A stretch of 63,719 bases of DNA, counting the filler, from Reticulomyxa filosa (lineage: Eukaryota > Protista > Foraminifera): the NCBI GenBank assembly GCA_000512085.1. It is 11 parts of 11 records of this genome, joined end to end, with 100 filler letters (N's around TTAATTAATTAA, not from the genome) between each part and the next. Parts side by side here need not be neighbours in the genome. Positions count along the whole stretch, not along the records: positions 1 to 27,743 come from ASPP01008300.1; 10 more parts are not named here. The stretch is one strand, 5' to 3'. The notes under the pieces are model-generated. The model saw only the letters and a program-made list of their open reading frames with translations. It was not told the DNA's origin and made no database searches. This document shows positions 11,611 through 25,300 of this stretch, piece after piece. Within the stretch, counting starts at the first letter, position 1, and the number at the start of each line of letters is the position of its first letter. The position numbers and the translations under genes are program-made.

Positions 11611-14600
11611 TTACCTCAATTCGTCTCCAAACAAGGCAAATACTTCTCCATAGCTGATCTCCTTTTCTTCAACTTTTTTGTCAAATTCTTCACTAGGATG
11701 ATCATGACTTTTTGTTTTTTAGCATCATTGCGAGAGAACAGCATTTTCATGTATCGTTGTCGAAGTATCCTTTCTTCAATTGTATTTTTCATGAAAAACC
11801 TGTGCACATATGTGGGTTTCATTTGGCCTATTCAAAGAAGACATCAAGCTCATTTCGATGCAGAAACTGCTACATACAAAAAAAAATATAATAAATATCA
11901 ATTTATTTATCTAAACACACCCACTCTGTATATTCTTCCAATAGCTTGTAACTCAACAGCCTCGTTGAAACTGGGTTCCAAAATGAATACATGAGTCGCT
12001 TGGACCAATGTTAAACCACTGGCATCGTGGTGCAATGATAAAAGCATAACATCAACTTTGTCATCAGTTTGAAATTGCTCAATGGTTTTCGCACGTTGAA
12101 AGCGGTCACCAGTTAAAGACAAGGCATGAATTCCATTGGATTGCAATACGCAGGCAATTAAATCTAGCATTCCGGTAAAATTGCTGAAGACCAACGATTT
12201 GGTACTGTTGTCCTTAAATTTTAGATATTTCAAATGTTTGATCAAAGATTCAATCTTAGTGCCATACGAACCATCTCCTTCGATTTGAATGCGATCGATC
12301 ATTGCCCGATCTTTCATGACATCGACAGCAAAGTCATCAGAATTATCATTGGGGATTTTTTTCTCATTTTCGGTGTGTACATTTCCGTAATTCGTTTCCT
12401 CCATCTTCACGTCATTTTCGCCAGAATGATTTGAGCGTGATTCCAGCAATTGGTCGTGTGAAAGAGTTGGATTCTGATCGTATGTTTTGTGTTTTTTGGA
12501 ACTGTCACCATTTTGTTTACTGCCAACAAAGCCCATAACACGACCAAAAATGCTTTCCAAAGAGTCGTGCACTGTAACCTCTGTACTTGTATCGTACGCT
12601 TGACTGACATGGAATAACTCTTTTTATTTAGAGGCTTTCGACAGGCGGGACAATACGGACTGCTTCGTAACCATCTTTGCAAGCATTCCTATCGTCCGTT
12701 ATTTATACACGTATAAATAATGTTACAAGTGTATTTTGTAGACAATAATTAAAACAATGATAAAATTGTACGCAACAGAGCAGTACAAATGGCAGCATTG
12801 AGTCAGTACTGGATCCGTAATCATTGTCAAGCAAATCGGGCATTGCTGCTTATTTACTTTTTCCTTGCGTGTCAACAAATCCAATTTTTTTCGTAAGTAT
12901 TGTCTGTGTTTGGCCTGCGTTTGTGCTTGATCTTTCCAGCGAGAATATCGTCTTGTCAGTTCCGTTTCGATTTCATGCATTGTCCTCGCTACCAAGTCAA
13001 AGTCACTTACAAACGAACGATCCTTGTGATGTTTTTTTTTTTACCAAAAAAAAAAGGTAAATAAATAACACCGACAAAAAAAACAAAGCTTTGGTACTGT
13101 ATGAAATTACCTGATCTAATTGTTTTTGATGAATTTCACAGTCATCATGCAAACGTTTTCTTCTTCGCTCATATTTATGAACCGAATCTATAACCTTTAA
13201 CAATGTTATACTATCAGTGGTATGGTTCCACAGCTCACGAACTTCTTTGGCTTGCGCTTCATAGCTATGCAATCGGTTTTTTTTTTTTTTCTTCTCGCTT
13301 ATATCTTTTGAATTCAAAAAGCAAAGGAAAATCAAGTTATTAACTCCGATGGTTCGCCGTTATCACAGGCATTAGTCTCATCCCGATGGTTCGTAATTAA
13401 TTCGTTAATAGCGCGCTTAAGCCGTGATTCTTGTCTGCGAATAATTTCTTCGCAGGTGTATTGCGAATGTTTCTGCCAATCTACTGAAACCTTTCAAACA
13501 AAGGACAAATTTCCTTCTCTCTGTCAAGCAAAATTTTCCGAAATGGAAATTGAGACACAAAATGAAAAAAAGGATAAGGGGGAGGAGGGGAAAGATGATA
13601 CGTAAAAAAAAAAACCACTTAACAATAGTCGGAAATTTCGCACTTAATTTGGAAAAATTTGAAATAAGCTCATGATTAATGTTTTGCAATAATTCACCCA
13701 ATTTTGGACATGTTTTTTGGTCATAAGGATTACTTGATCTTTTCACTTTGCAATAATGACAAAAGTTGTCGCGAATGAACCAATGCGTTGCCACACACCA
13801 TTGCCTGGACATGACAAGATAGGAGCAATATTGTCGTTTCACATTTGTCTCTGTCCTCATTTTGATCAAATGTTTCCGTACTTTGGTAACATTTGATTTG
13901 AATTTTGAATACCATTGCACTGGTCTAGGCGATTCCAAATTCAAAAATTCCGTCACAATGCGCGTCACATCATTGTCAATTTTCATAGTCTTGTCGTCGA
14001 GCCATTCCCTCAGTTGATTTTCGAAATCACGAATCACATTGTTGATCTGTCCCAATCGTGATGTAGTTACTTCCAGCAGCTCGTCATAGTTGCCTTTCTC
14101 TTCAGCATCCATTTTGGCTAACTTTCTTTCTAGCAGCGCTACATCCTCTACTGACTTTAGTTTGATGATCACAGATCCCAGTACCCCCCCTCCTTTGTTT
14201 AATAGTTAATCCAAAATTACCTAAAAAAATAAAAAAATAAATAGACAAATAATTTTACCAAATAAAATCTTTCTTTGTTGAGAAGTATACGAGTGTAAAC
14301 CTCTTTCAAATGATGCGTGGTACACAATTCAGCCTTTTTCCACTGAAGATATTGGCTGCTTTCAGTGGTAATGGATTTATGAATGTCAATATCTGTGTCC
14401 ATTAATAATTCTTGCAAACCACTTTCTTGTTTCAGTTGCTCTGCTCTTGTTAAATTTTGGGTTGATTCAAAATCGTCCTTGTCTTCGTCGTGACAGTTCA
14501 AACTTGTTTGAATGACTGTTGTTGCAAGCGGGTTGAGTTGATTCGTCTCTCTTGTCTCCGATTCCGGCTTCTCCTTCATTTCAATAATGGAGCTTATGTT

Positions 14601-17600
14601 CTGCTCTTGTATTTGTTCTTGTTTACATTGCATACGTTTTTCGTGTTCCATCATTTTTTGTTGACACAAGTCCGCATCAATGGAAACAAACTCAGAAGTG
14701 GCCAGATACCACCCAATAGTAAATATTGGATTGGACTGCCATTTACTGGACAAGTGCGTCCACTGTACGGTTACATGCAACATGACAGCTCCCGAGGATT
14801 CATTGGTGACAGAGCATACATTCTCAATTATTGCCAATTGCCATTGACCAAATTCCTTCACGCAAATATGCATCCCCTTGGAAAGTTGTGGATATTCCAC
14901 ACTTCGTTGGTATCACTTAATTGGGTCGTATTGGGCGTAATTGTCATGCTCCTTGTTTCCGAGTTATGCCTTACCTCTTTTTTTGGTGTTTCTGGTTGGT
15001 TCGAAGGACGGACCTCGATAGTGGAGACAATAGTCTCTTCATCGATTTTTTCTATGCCGCTCTGTTCCACTTTGTACACTTCCTCCAAAATCGTCATTGC
15101 TTTCTACAAACACATCAACAGAAGAATCAAATCAGCAAGAGGGAAAAATAAAAGAGAGAGAGAGAGATGAGAAATTTCTTTTTGAAAGTATTGGTAATAT
15201 ATAAACTTGGTAGAAAGCATATTCTGCTCGGGCTTGGTCTTCTTCAGCATTTATAGGATTGTCAAATAACTGTTTTTCAATTCGAAACATTAACCAATCT
15301 GACCAGTAGTTGCCTCTACATTTTATTTACAAAGTGTTGGAATTAGTGTTTTTGCGACGGATGAATAGACAATGGATTTCGAGTATATACATATACAGAT
15401 ATACGTATAAAGTTACGTAACGCTCGGCACATTTCCCTTTCTGTCTGTGTCATTGCGTCTTGAGCATCTTTGACCATAACTCTCATCACATCTGTCATTC
15501 TCATCAATGATTGCACTTTCCTCCTTTGCACTGCGGCATTTTGGGCATGAGTTGACATTCGCACAGAAGAGTGTCGACCCATGGTGTGTGCCAGCAAAGC
15601 TCTATGTGCGACTTGCGGGTGGCAACAGATCTGTCGTAAGCTCTCCAGTTTCCTTTGCGAAGATTTGCCCAAATGTCGTTTGGTGGAATGGTGGAACAAA
15701 TTACGCCGAAGTTTGGGCGAGCTGGGTTTCGATTGCAAGACTTCGAGCATTAATGAGACCGAATTGTCTTCCGCACTATTTTCTGTATATTTTTGTTCGC
15801 TTTCTTCCTTATCTTCAGACTTGGGACGTTGATCCACAAGATCGATATCCACATCAGTATTAGTATTCGCATTCGCATTAGTATTAGCACCAGTAGCAAC
15901 AATATCATTCTCAGATGTCTCTTCCTCAGGCAATAAGAATTGCATTTCTCTTTGAAACAGTTCCTTAAATTCTTTGAAATAATTATGGTAATATTCCTCC
16001 TCCACAGGGGACAATTTTAACTCCAAAAACTCTTCCCGTTTGGGTGGTATTTGCAACTCGTCTTCAACATTGACTTTGGTCTGACGATACATAATCCATT
16101 TCAATATGTATAGCAATCTTTTTTCATCATGGTAATAATACGGATGAGCAATGACACGTCGCCATGTGTTTTGATTGGAACCGATATTCAATTGCAAAAA
16201 CGAACACAAGCCAAACAAATCATCCAAGCCATTGTTCCCAATCGGTGTGCCTGTCACCGCCCAACGATGCATCGCTGCAATTCGCTCTGTCATTTTCGTG
16301 CATTTTTTCAATGCACCTTCCACCATTTGCGCCTCATCCACGATCAATCTCCACCATCGAATTTGCAACAGTGGGGTATCTGGCACTTCGTAGCGCTTTT
16401 TTCGACGAAAATTCCATTGCGGCTTTTGGCAAAATTCCACTTCTTCTGACAGCACTCGATAATCGGTGATCACAATGTCATATCTCCCCAGATCTTTATA
16501 CGTCGGCACTTGTCCTCGCTTGAATTGGAGAAATGACATCCCATCTTTCATTATCATTTCGTCGTTTTCGCCGTGTTCAACCCCATCGAGGAATTTTTCC
16601 GATTCGGGGTTGTTATCCAATGCGTCCGCTTTGCAATCAAGCAAGTCGGAACTCACTTTTGTTTGACCCGCTTTTCGAATGGATTTTCTCGAAATTTCTG
16701 CGTCGCCGTCATGCACATCGAAATCTTCTCCCAATTCTTTACGCTTACGCTTTCTTGTTGTTGTTTTCAGTCCCTTTTGACGCTTGCTCAAGTCTTCGTA
16801 TGACTTTCGTCCGATATAAATGGTGACTCTCATATGCGGTGCGTGTCGACGTATTTCATTTCGCCACTGCACGACAATGTTTGGTGGTGTCACCACTAAC
16901 GTTGCACCACTTTCACACTCCAAAGGAGGAAATGCTTCTAACCAAGATGCCACTTCCGCATTCACAGACGGATCACTTTTGTTTATCTCTTGTTCTTTCA
17001 TTTCTTCATCATCTTCATCAAACAGGCCGTCTTTAGGTGGTCGAAACATGCGATACTGTGAGAAGGATAAACAAAAGACATGTGTATTCAAACAATTCAA
17101 TTTGTGAAACACGTTTAAAAAAAATAAAATATATACATATACATATATGTATATGTATATATGCTTAACTCCTTCGGTTAAACCGACTGGTTCACCTGTC
17201 ATCCAATGTGTTTGTTTGTTTAACTCAATCAAAGCCAAACACTCGACTGTTTTGCCTAGACCCTGTTATTGATACATCGAAGAGGGGAACGGACGAAAGG
17301 ATAAAACAAAACAAAACAAAACAAAAAAATGTCTATTAAAAAAAAAAAGGATACAAATTTCTTCAAGACACATATATACCATTTGATCAGCCAAAATGCC
17401 ACCAGTAATGTCTGGTAACGCATTAATGGGCTGCAAACTGAAAGATCCTTGGTCAATTTGAAACCAAAATTTGGTTTTGTGAGGGTGTTGCAGATGGAGC
17501 GAATCAACGTGAATAAACTGTGCTTCTCTCCACAAAAGATTAGGAATCCAGCGAATATACTTATTGTCTTCTCTTTGTAACATCCAGTGCACCGCTTTCC

Positions 17601-19603
17601 TTTGATAGAGATACAAATCATAGATATTGTCTCCGGCGCGTTTTGCGACCATTTGTTTATGATCGGGTAGGATTTTTTCGTAGAGTGCACTTGGGACAAA
17701 TTCCAATTGCTTTTGCTTGTGTGAAGAAGGTGTCAATATCATTCTATCCACATCAAACTCTTCATTGATACCCAATATTTCATTTTGATTTTCCTTCTCC
17801 AAACAATCCAATACCATTTCAAATGATTTCACTTGCTTGAATTTGTTAAATTGGAAACTTTTTTCAAACACTTTGTTGGACAAATATAAATGAAATTGTA
17901 ATACTCCACTCATCCAATATTCATCTTCCACATCCACTGGCCTTTCCATTGCTATATCTTCTTCGTTGTTCTTGTCCGCTTGTGCGTGTTCATTGTCGTC
18001 AGCTGTTACATCTGGCTCTGTCGAAATGTCCAACGCCATCACTGCAGCTCCTTCTTCCTGGCTTGTCTGCCTTGCATTTTCGCTGTAATGCTCATGTTCT
18101 TGGTTTGCTTGATCATTTGGACTTATCTCGTTGTTTTCAGTTTCATTGATTTGCGATTGTTCAACTTCAACATTGGCCCCCGTCTCCTCGGTTTGCAAGA
18201 CCGAACACTCTATTTGCAAAACGCACTGAAAGGCTAAGAGTTCGGCCTCTTGAGATAACGATAGTAATATGGACAGCATGGTATTATTTATGTCAGTGAA
18301 GAATTTCCCAATTAGCACGCGTTGGTTTTTTTCATTACGCCCATTGGTCGCATTTGAATCATGGCTCTGTGTAGGTTCATAGAATATGTGAAATCCATTT
18401 TTGTATCGTTTGTTCGTCTCGCTTGCTTCTTTAAAATTTTCCAGGGTTACCGATATGTGAAACATCCACGTATCATTGTCAAGTTCTTTTATCTCATCCT
18501 TGGATGTTTTCCATCCATATTTTGTCACAAAAATCGGAACACACAATCAGTATGCTACATGCATATACATATTTATACATATGTATATATGAATAAAACG
18601 GAGGCAGTTATTTTTATTTTGTGTTCGATGAAGTGCAAACTGAAGACGCATTGGAGAGAAGATGCTTTAAGAACAAAGGATTGATGACGAAATGTTCGTC
18701 TTCAATTAAAAAGCGAATGGCGCCCAAATACTGGCAAAATTGTCGATCAATGATTTGTTGCTGACTCACGAAGCTACTAGTGCAAGATACTTCTGTGGTG
18801 GAAGGCGAAAGTGGTGTACCTATTCGGGCTCTGTCGTGGCGCCTTTGTTGCGATTTGGTCTCGATTTGCGCCATCCATTCCTCTGTTTCTTTCAAATGTT
18901 GGTCGTACAATGCATCCAATTGTGACAACATGCCCTTATTATTCCACAAGTTGCGATTTTGTTTTTTCCACTCTTTTTCCGCTTCGAGCCAATAGGCTTT
19001 ATTTTTCGTGTTCTTTTTGGCCGTGGTTGTTTGCTCATCGGTCTGTTTTTGATCTTCCTCTCCATTTCCATTTGATGTGTCGATCTTTACTTCTGTTTCT
19101 TCTTTGTTTGCTTGTTCTTTCATCTCCTCATTTGCAGTCATTGATGTTGTACAAGCTGCGCTTACAAATGTATTATCCACGTCCATTATATTTTCTATTC
19201 GTCCATTGTTTGGTGGGGTCACTGCACTTGTTTTGATCACTTGTTCGATCATTTTGCTTTCATTTGCATTTGTATTCGCATTTTCGTTTGTATCATGTTC
19301 ACTTTCAGTGTCGCTATCACTGAATGATTCGTCTATTTCTTCATCATCTCCTTCTCCATCCTCTTCTTTTTTCTCTTTTTCTTTTGCGGTTTGCTCGTTG
19401 CTTGGGGGTTGCTTGTCCAACTGCTCTCGCAGCTCGCGTCCCAGAGTCTTTCCTAAATTTGCACTTTGCTGAACGCACGAAGTCTTCATTTTTTTCACAT
19501 AGCATACATGCAAATGGATACATATACACACAGCATCCACCACTCGATTTTTTATTTTTTGATCAAGATTAAAAAAAAAAAAAAAAAATTGCATTTGTGT
19601 CAA
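11611..19603 (-). CDS. SHPRH: SHPRH-like SNF2 helicase / RING E3 ligase (Rad5/16 family), multi-exon
   Basis: YQRKAVHWML, GGILADQM|GLGKTVE, ATLVVTPPNIVVQWRNEI, WWRLIVDEAQMVE, RWAVTGTPI, LRQICCHPQV, RING CPICL...CCHLYC...CPACR, YGTKIE, KSLVFSNF, GLTLVQATHVFILEP, QAIGRIYRVG, PTYVHRFFMKNTIEERI. The 5' end is uncertain and may extend to exons at about 19680-20118. Confidence 0.82.
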
Positions 19604-20929
19604 AAAAAGACCAAAAAAAAAAAAAAAATTGTGTTGTGAATCAATTGTAATATTCTGTTCATGCCCCCCCTACCTCCATAAAGATACGTCCGCCACCTTG
19701 AACACCAAATTTTGTATACAAAATATCTTCAATAGCGTCTGATTCTCTGGCCAACGTGTCGTCTTGAGCATATAGCTTATCTCTCTCTTGCAGCCATTTA
19801 TCACTGCAGTGTATTACATCACAAACACAGACAACGACGTATGTACTTACGTTCGGTGTACCTCTACCCTACTCCTTTTTTTTAAACACTTGTTATTACA
19901 CCGAACTCGTTACTTTCGTGCGTTTGATTCAATAACACTTCAATTTTTTGTTCGAGTTCTCTTTGCTCTACAGTTATTTCTATATTTCTTTGGATCAGTG
20001 ACTCCTTTGACAATCGTTGTCTTGTCTGCTTTGTAGTTTTGCCAACGAAATTCCCGTCAACTCCATCCAAATATTGTTGTAATAAACCAGATACTGAGCC
20101 AGAATTTTGTGCCAACATATTACTGCATTTACCAAAAACCCATCATAAGAGGGAAGGAAAAAAAAATGAAAACAGCAAAAAAAAAGAATGAAAAAGTTGA
20201 TCAAAAAAGGTAGACCCCGAAAAGGAACTGAGAGAAAAAAAAAAATTTTACCAAACTCAAAAAAAAAGATGTACCTAGCAGTTTTCAACGTAAATATTGC
20301 ATGATTTTCGTCAAAATCTTGTTTTTCTGAAAAAGCAATGCCATTTATTGCAATTAGATGAGTTTTAAGAAAGATATGAGCAAGGTGCTACAGTTGCAGA
20401 AAGTTTCACTCGGAACGTGGAAATCCTTTTTTCCCTAGAACCTTGCTTCTTCAATGCCCACTTTTCTTGTTTTACTTTGTTATTACTTTTGATTATTTCT
20501 CCATCTTTTATTTAGTTTCTTCTTTTGTGAAAAACTTTGTCCAACAGTGATTTTTGTACTGCGTTTAGTACACTTTTTACAACACCTAAAATGGCACTAT
20601 AGAAAAAATTAATTTTCTCGATGAAGAAATAATATTTAATCTAAATTTTTGTAATTATCTGCAAATCATGTAAATAAACGATGATAAAATTTTGTCATCA
20701 GAGTGAACATATGAATATTGCATTTACAATTTGTTTTTTAAATTGAAAATCATCACTTTGATATTGACATCACTATGGCTTTCATTTGTATGAAAAAATA
20801 GCGCTGTGTACACAAAAAGATTTATCTTTAGCTGCCAACATCAACTGAAGATTTTTGTAATTGAAAAATGATTGAATACAACCGAAACAAAACCAAAAAA
20901 TAGGTTAAACATTTTTTGTTTCTTCATTT

Positions 20930-22084
20930 TTTGTTTCTTCGTGATTTGGTTCTTGTTCACTTAGTCCACCTATTGTATCATCCTGATGAATTTGTTTGAA
21001 AGAAGGTATACTACCAAGGAGTGCCAGTAATTCTGGTCTTAAGATTTTATCTTTTGATATTGGTGGCCACAGCTGCACCATTTTTTCGCCGACTTCTTTG
21101 TGAAGACGCAGACATTCTAATTCAGGTTCATTTAGAATTGAAGCCGCATAATTTTCTGTTGCATCTTGTCGTACTTTTGCAGATCATTTGGCTGTCTCTA
21201 TTCATTTTGAAACCATTCAGAATTTGGCTGTAAAAAAATGTTAAGTGTAAAACGAAAGTGATTGGGTAACAAAACTTGGCATCGATTCAATTCTTGTTTA
21301 AGCTTTTGATTTTCTTTTAGTACTTGCTGCAATTCTTTGGTCAATTGCTCAATTTTGTTGTCTTGCAAATTTAACCGACTTGTCATACCTTCAAACGTTC
21401 CTATTTTCATAACATTCAATAGATTCCAACAAAAAAAAGAAAAAAATGCTTGTTCACACCATGAAATGAGTAAAAATTTTCAAATAATCGTTGCAAATCT
21501 TTGCTTATTTCTTGTGATGACTTAGTAATGATATCTTGCCATTGTTTTTTTGATTGGTTGACGAGTTCTGCAGTACGTTTCTCTTTGTTTTGCCACTCAT
21601 TCATCAACAGATTTTGGGTGTTTAGCTTTTCTTGCCATAACTTTTTCTCACGAAGATACTGTTGATTCAAATCTTCAGTCTTCAACCGATTGACTTGCAA
21701 TTTTGTCAATTCCGAATTTTTAAGTTCAATTGTTTTCTCTGCCGCTTTTAATTTAAACTGTAACGTCTCAATTTCGGCTATGTATTTTGATTTCACTTGT
21801 GCCAGTTCTTTGTCAAAGTTATTTCTTTGAATTGATTTTTGTTTATTTAGTTGATTCACCTGTTCCTTTAATTTAAATATTTCACTTTTACTTTCATCCA
21901 ATTCTTTTAGCAAACGTTGCAATTTATTCCAGTGCAGAGTTTGGTCACTCTGTGTGCACACATCTCTTTTTGGTAAGTTGTTTCAAGGCGAGAAGCAAAA
22001 CAAAAATAAAGCCATTACTTCATAACTCTGCAGACGAGAAAGAATCTCTTGTCCAAAAGATGACGCTTCATGATTTGTCATCAT
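20930..22084 (-). CDS. Coiled-coil hypothetical protein, multi-exon
   Basis: ORFs 21416..21961 and 21198..21419 are heptad-rich (E/K/Q/L). Probable first exon MMTNHEASSFGQEILSRLQSYE from 22084. 3' boundary approximate. Confidence 0.4.
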
Positions 22085-22381
22085 CTTTCAGGTGCTAACT
22101 TTCGGCAACGAATCATCATTTCGAAAAAAGCTCCTTTTGTTTTTGGTAATTTGGTACATCTTTGTGAAGCCTGATTCGATCACTTGCAGTATATCAATTT
22201 TTTATTGATTCCACACTTTTTAAAAAGAAATTGCATCTCTGTTTTGAAAAAGCAGTTTTCGCATTAGAAAAAACCGATGGGACAAAAGTCTTGAGCATGT
22301 TACAAAAGAAACTAAATATTAAAAGGTGCAAAAAAAAAAGTTTTTTTCTTTGTCGTTATAGTCTTTTTTTATGTTACAAAT

Positions 22382-25300
22382 TCACTGCTGGCCCAAAGAA
22401 GGGAAAAATCCCGCCAACACAGAAGCCCCATCTTTTTTCTGCCACTTCTTGCAGTAATCATCCAAATTGGTTCTTCTTTCACGAAAGGAAAGACGAAGTT
22501 TGAGATCTCGCGCCCTTGATTTGTGGTAGCAAATGGCAATCGTATTTAATATGAAAAAGTGTATTTGGAAAGATGAAGAAAAGAAGACAATAGTAGTTAA
22601 CTGCACAGTACGATTGGCTTCCAAAGCGGTAAGTCGTACTAATGGAGCCAGCAAATGTTGCCTTACGATCATGTTGTTGATCAAAGGCCCAAAGTTGCCA
22701 ACATTGACTTTCTTGTGAACTTGAACTCGAAATAGGCCATTTGATAGAGGGTAAATAATAATGCTGACAGTATTGAAATCAGTGGAAATGGTTTGGGGAA
22801 GATAAGGACGAGTATGTTCAGTCCAAATGATATTGACATGGTCATTTGCAACATGTCGTTTTCGTTCCGTGTATTGCGAGTCCTTTTGTTTCGAGATCAT
22901 ACGTGTGGCAACATGGAAAAGCATTTCATACGTCGCAGTGGCATAATACGTTGCATATCGTCCAGTGGAGCCCACAGTCAAACCACCAACGAAGCCCTCA
23001 TGTACAGTGAGATCGATCATCCAGCCCAGATCCTCTACGAACTTTTCATAGCTGTAACTACCCTCGTCGTTGGCCAAAATGTCGTGTTGGGTGTCTTGAT
23101 CACGTCCAACGAACTCTACTCCGATTTTATGAAATTCACGTCTAAGTAGTTTGATGAAACAACAAACAATACGTTATTATTATTATGTTTTTTTTCAAAA
23201 GTGAAAGAAAAGTTTTGCCGTTACGTAACGTCGCTCCCTGAGTGCGGTCAATTAAATCGAGTCGTTTGTGTAATGTCTCGACCTCTTGCTTCGGCACCAC
23301 GCCGAGCGTTTCTTCCTTGAGTTCGAGTTGGTATTTCTCAATATTAATTTTCTCAAGTATGCTCTGCCAAGTGCTCAAAGGGATGGCATTTTTTGGGTTT
23401 TGACGACCTTGAGGCTCCTTTCGAGAATTCGTCTTTGCAGTGGACTTTGCACTCGCATTATTGACATTACTGGGCGATGCAAGCAAGCCGGACTTGGTAC
23501 GTGTCTCAATCACGGAAAAAGGAAAGTCGCCTTCCTCCAGGATTTGTCCACAAGTCAATAAACCCAAATGGGAAAACAAGAATCGGGTGCAATCGTATTG
23601 GTTAATTACCGTTGCATTGGACGGGTCTACCAATTCATTTGAGAGTTTGTTTGTGCTTGTTTCGTCTGTTCCATTGAAGGTACTTGACTCTCCGTCTCTT
23701 AGTTGTTGACACTTGTCATTTAACTCCTTTTCTTCCGATTCCTATTGGAAATGCCATGCAATGTATGTATGTATGTATGTATGTATGTATGTATTTATCC
23801 TCCAAGCAAAACACATACATACATATGTCGATAGCTGCGACGACAATTTGACTCGGTTTTGTTCAGACAACGTCGCTGGCGGCAATGCGCCGAATCGAGA
23901 GTATCTCTTTTGAGGCTGTGGATTGCTGATTGCTGTCTTTGCGTTGTCTTTTTGAGTCGATGGCGGCACATTGGCTTTTTGCTTGGTCGAGTTTTCGTCT
24001 GTGCTGTTCGATCCAGGGGTCGTCGTGGTCGAGTCTGCTGTCGTCACTTCTTGCGTCTGCAATTTATTTTCAATGTATCGCAAGATTTGCGACAGCCCAT
24101 CCGTTTGCGAGATCAGATCATAGTCAAATGCAGGCGTTTCTTTCAGATAGCCTTTCAAATGTGCTGTGACTATATTTTATTGGACCGGAAGTCCACATAC
24201 ATATATAAAGTAAAAATATATGATATTTGCATAGAAATAGAAATAGAAATAGAAATAGATAGAGATATAAATGGATATACATTGTGACTCGGTTCTTTGT
24301 CGAGCAAAGGCACGAATGGATTTGATCTCGGTGTTGATATCTTCTTCTTTTTTTTCAAACTGCAAATCATTTTCGTTGGACTCAATATCGGATTTGGATT
24401 GCTCGACACTGATGGGACTTTTCTTTTGACTTCCGGAATTGGAGCTGTGATGCATCGACAACTGCATTGCAAACGGCGGAAGGGTACTGCACGGAGTGAA
24501 CCTCCAGCAGCATTTGCCAGACTCGTCTCGAACGATCATGCGCACCCCTCTTTGAGGCCCCCGTTCATGCGAAACGAACTGATCGCAAGCGTTGATTATG
24601 CAATTGTTTCTGTGAATGAGGTAAATCCCCTGAGGGGGCTTCACGTCGCGTGCATTGCTGCTCACTGTCCCAACATCATGTTTCAATGGATAATTGTTTA
24701 AATAATGGAACAGCATCATCATAGCCGTTTTGGAATGAACCTTATTTAATGTTGGAAAAAAAAAAAAAAAAAACAAACAAACAAACAAAACAAAACATAC
24801 ACATACGCATACAAATAAAGTGAGTTCTCTTTTGCAATACAAAAGTGCAGAAAAAAAAACAACAAACCATCAATTGTTGCGCATGTGTCAATTCTTGCAA
24901 CTTTTTGCCCTCAGGAACAGTGTGCAGGAATTCCAAAGGACCGGACAATATTTTGAGCACCCCTCCAATCAAATCACTATTCCGCAGCACGCTGGGCGGA
25001 AAGTGGAACACCCACGAAAGCAGACAGAAGATTAGATCCGACGCGTTGTTGCACGTGGTTCGACTCCGTGAGACGGTGGACGCGGTTGCCATTGTCACGT
25101 ATTCCAGACTGTGACGTAGCAAATCTGGGAACAGAATGTCCAGCACTAATTCGCTTGACACTTCAGTCAATTGCTTGCAAACTGTCGACAAACCGTCCAA
25201 CGCACGAGCTGCATGTGCCCCGTACGACAGCTTGGTTGGGCTGGTGCAATTCACAAGGCACCGCAAAGCTCTTTCCAATATTTTTGGATTTTGTGTTGAC

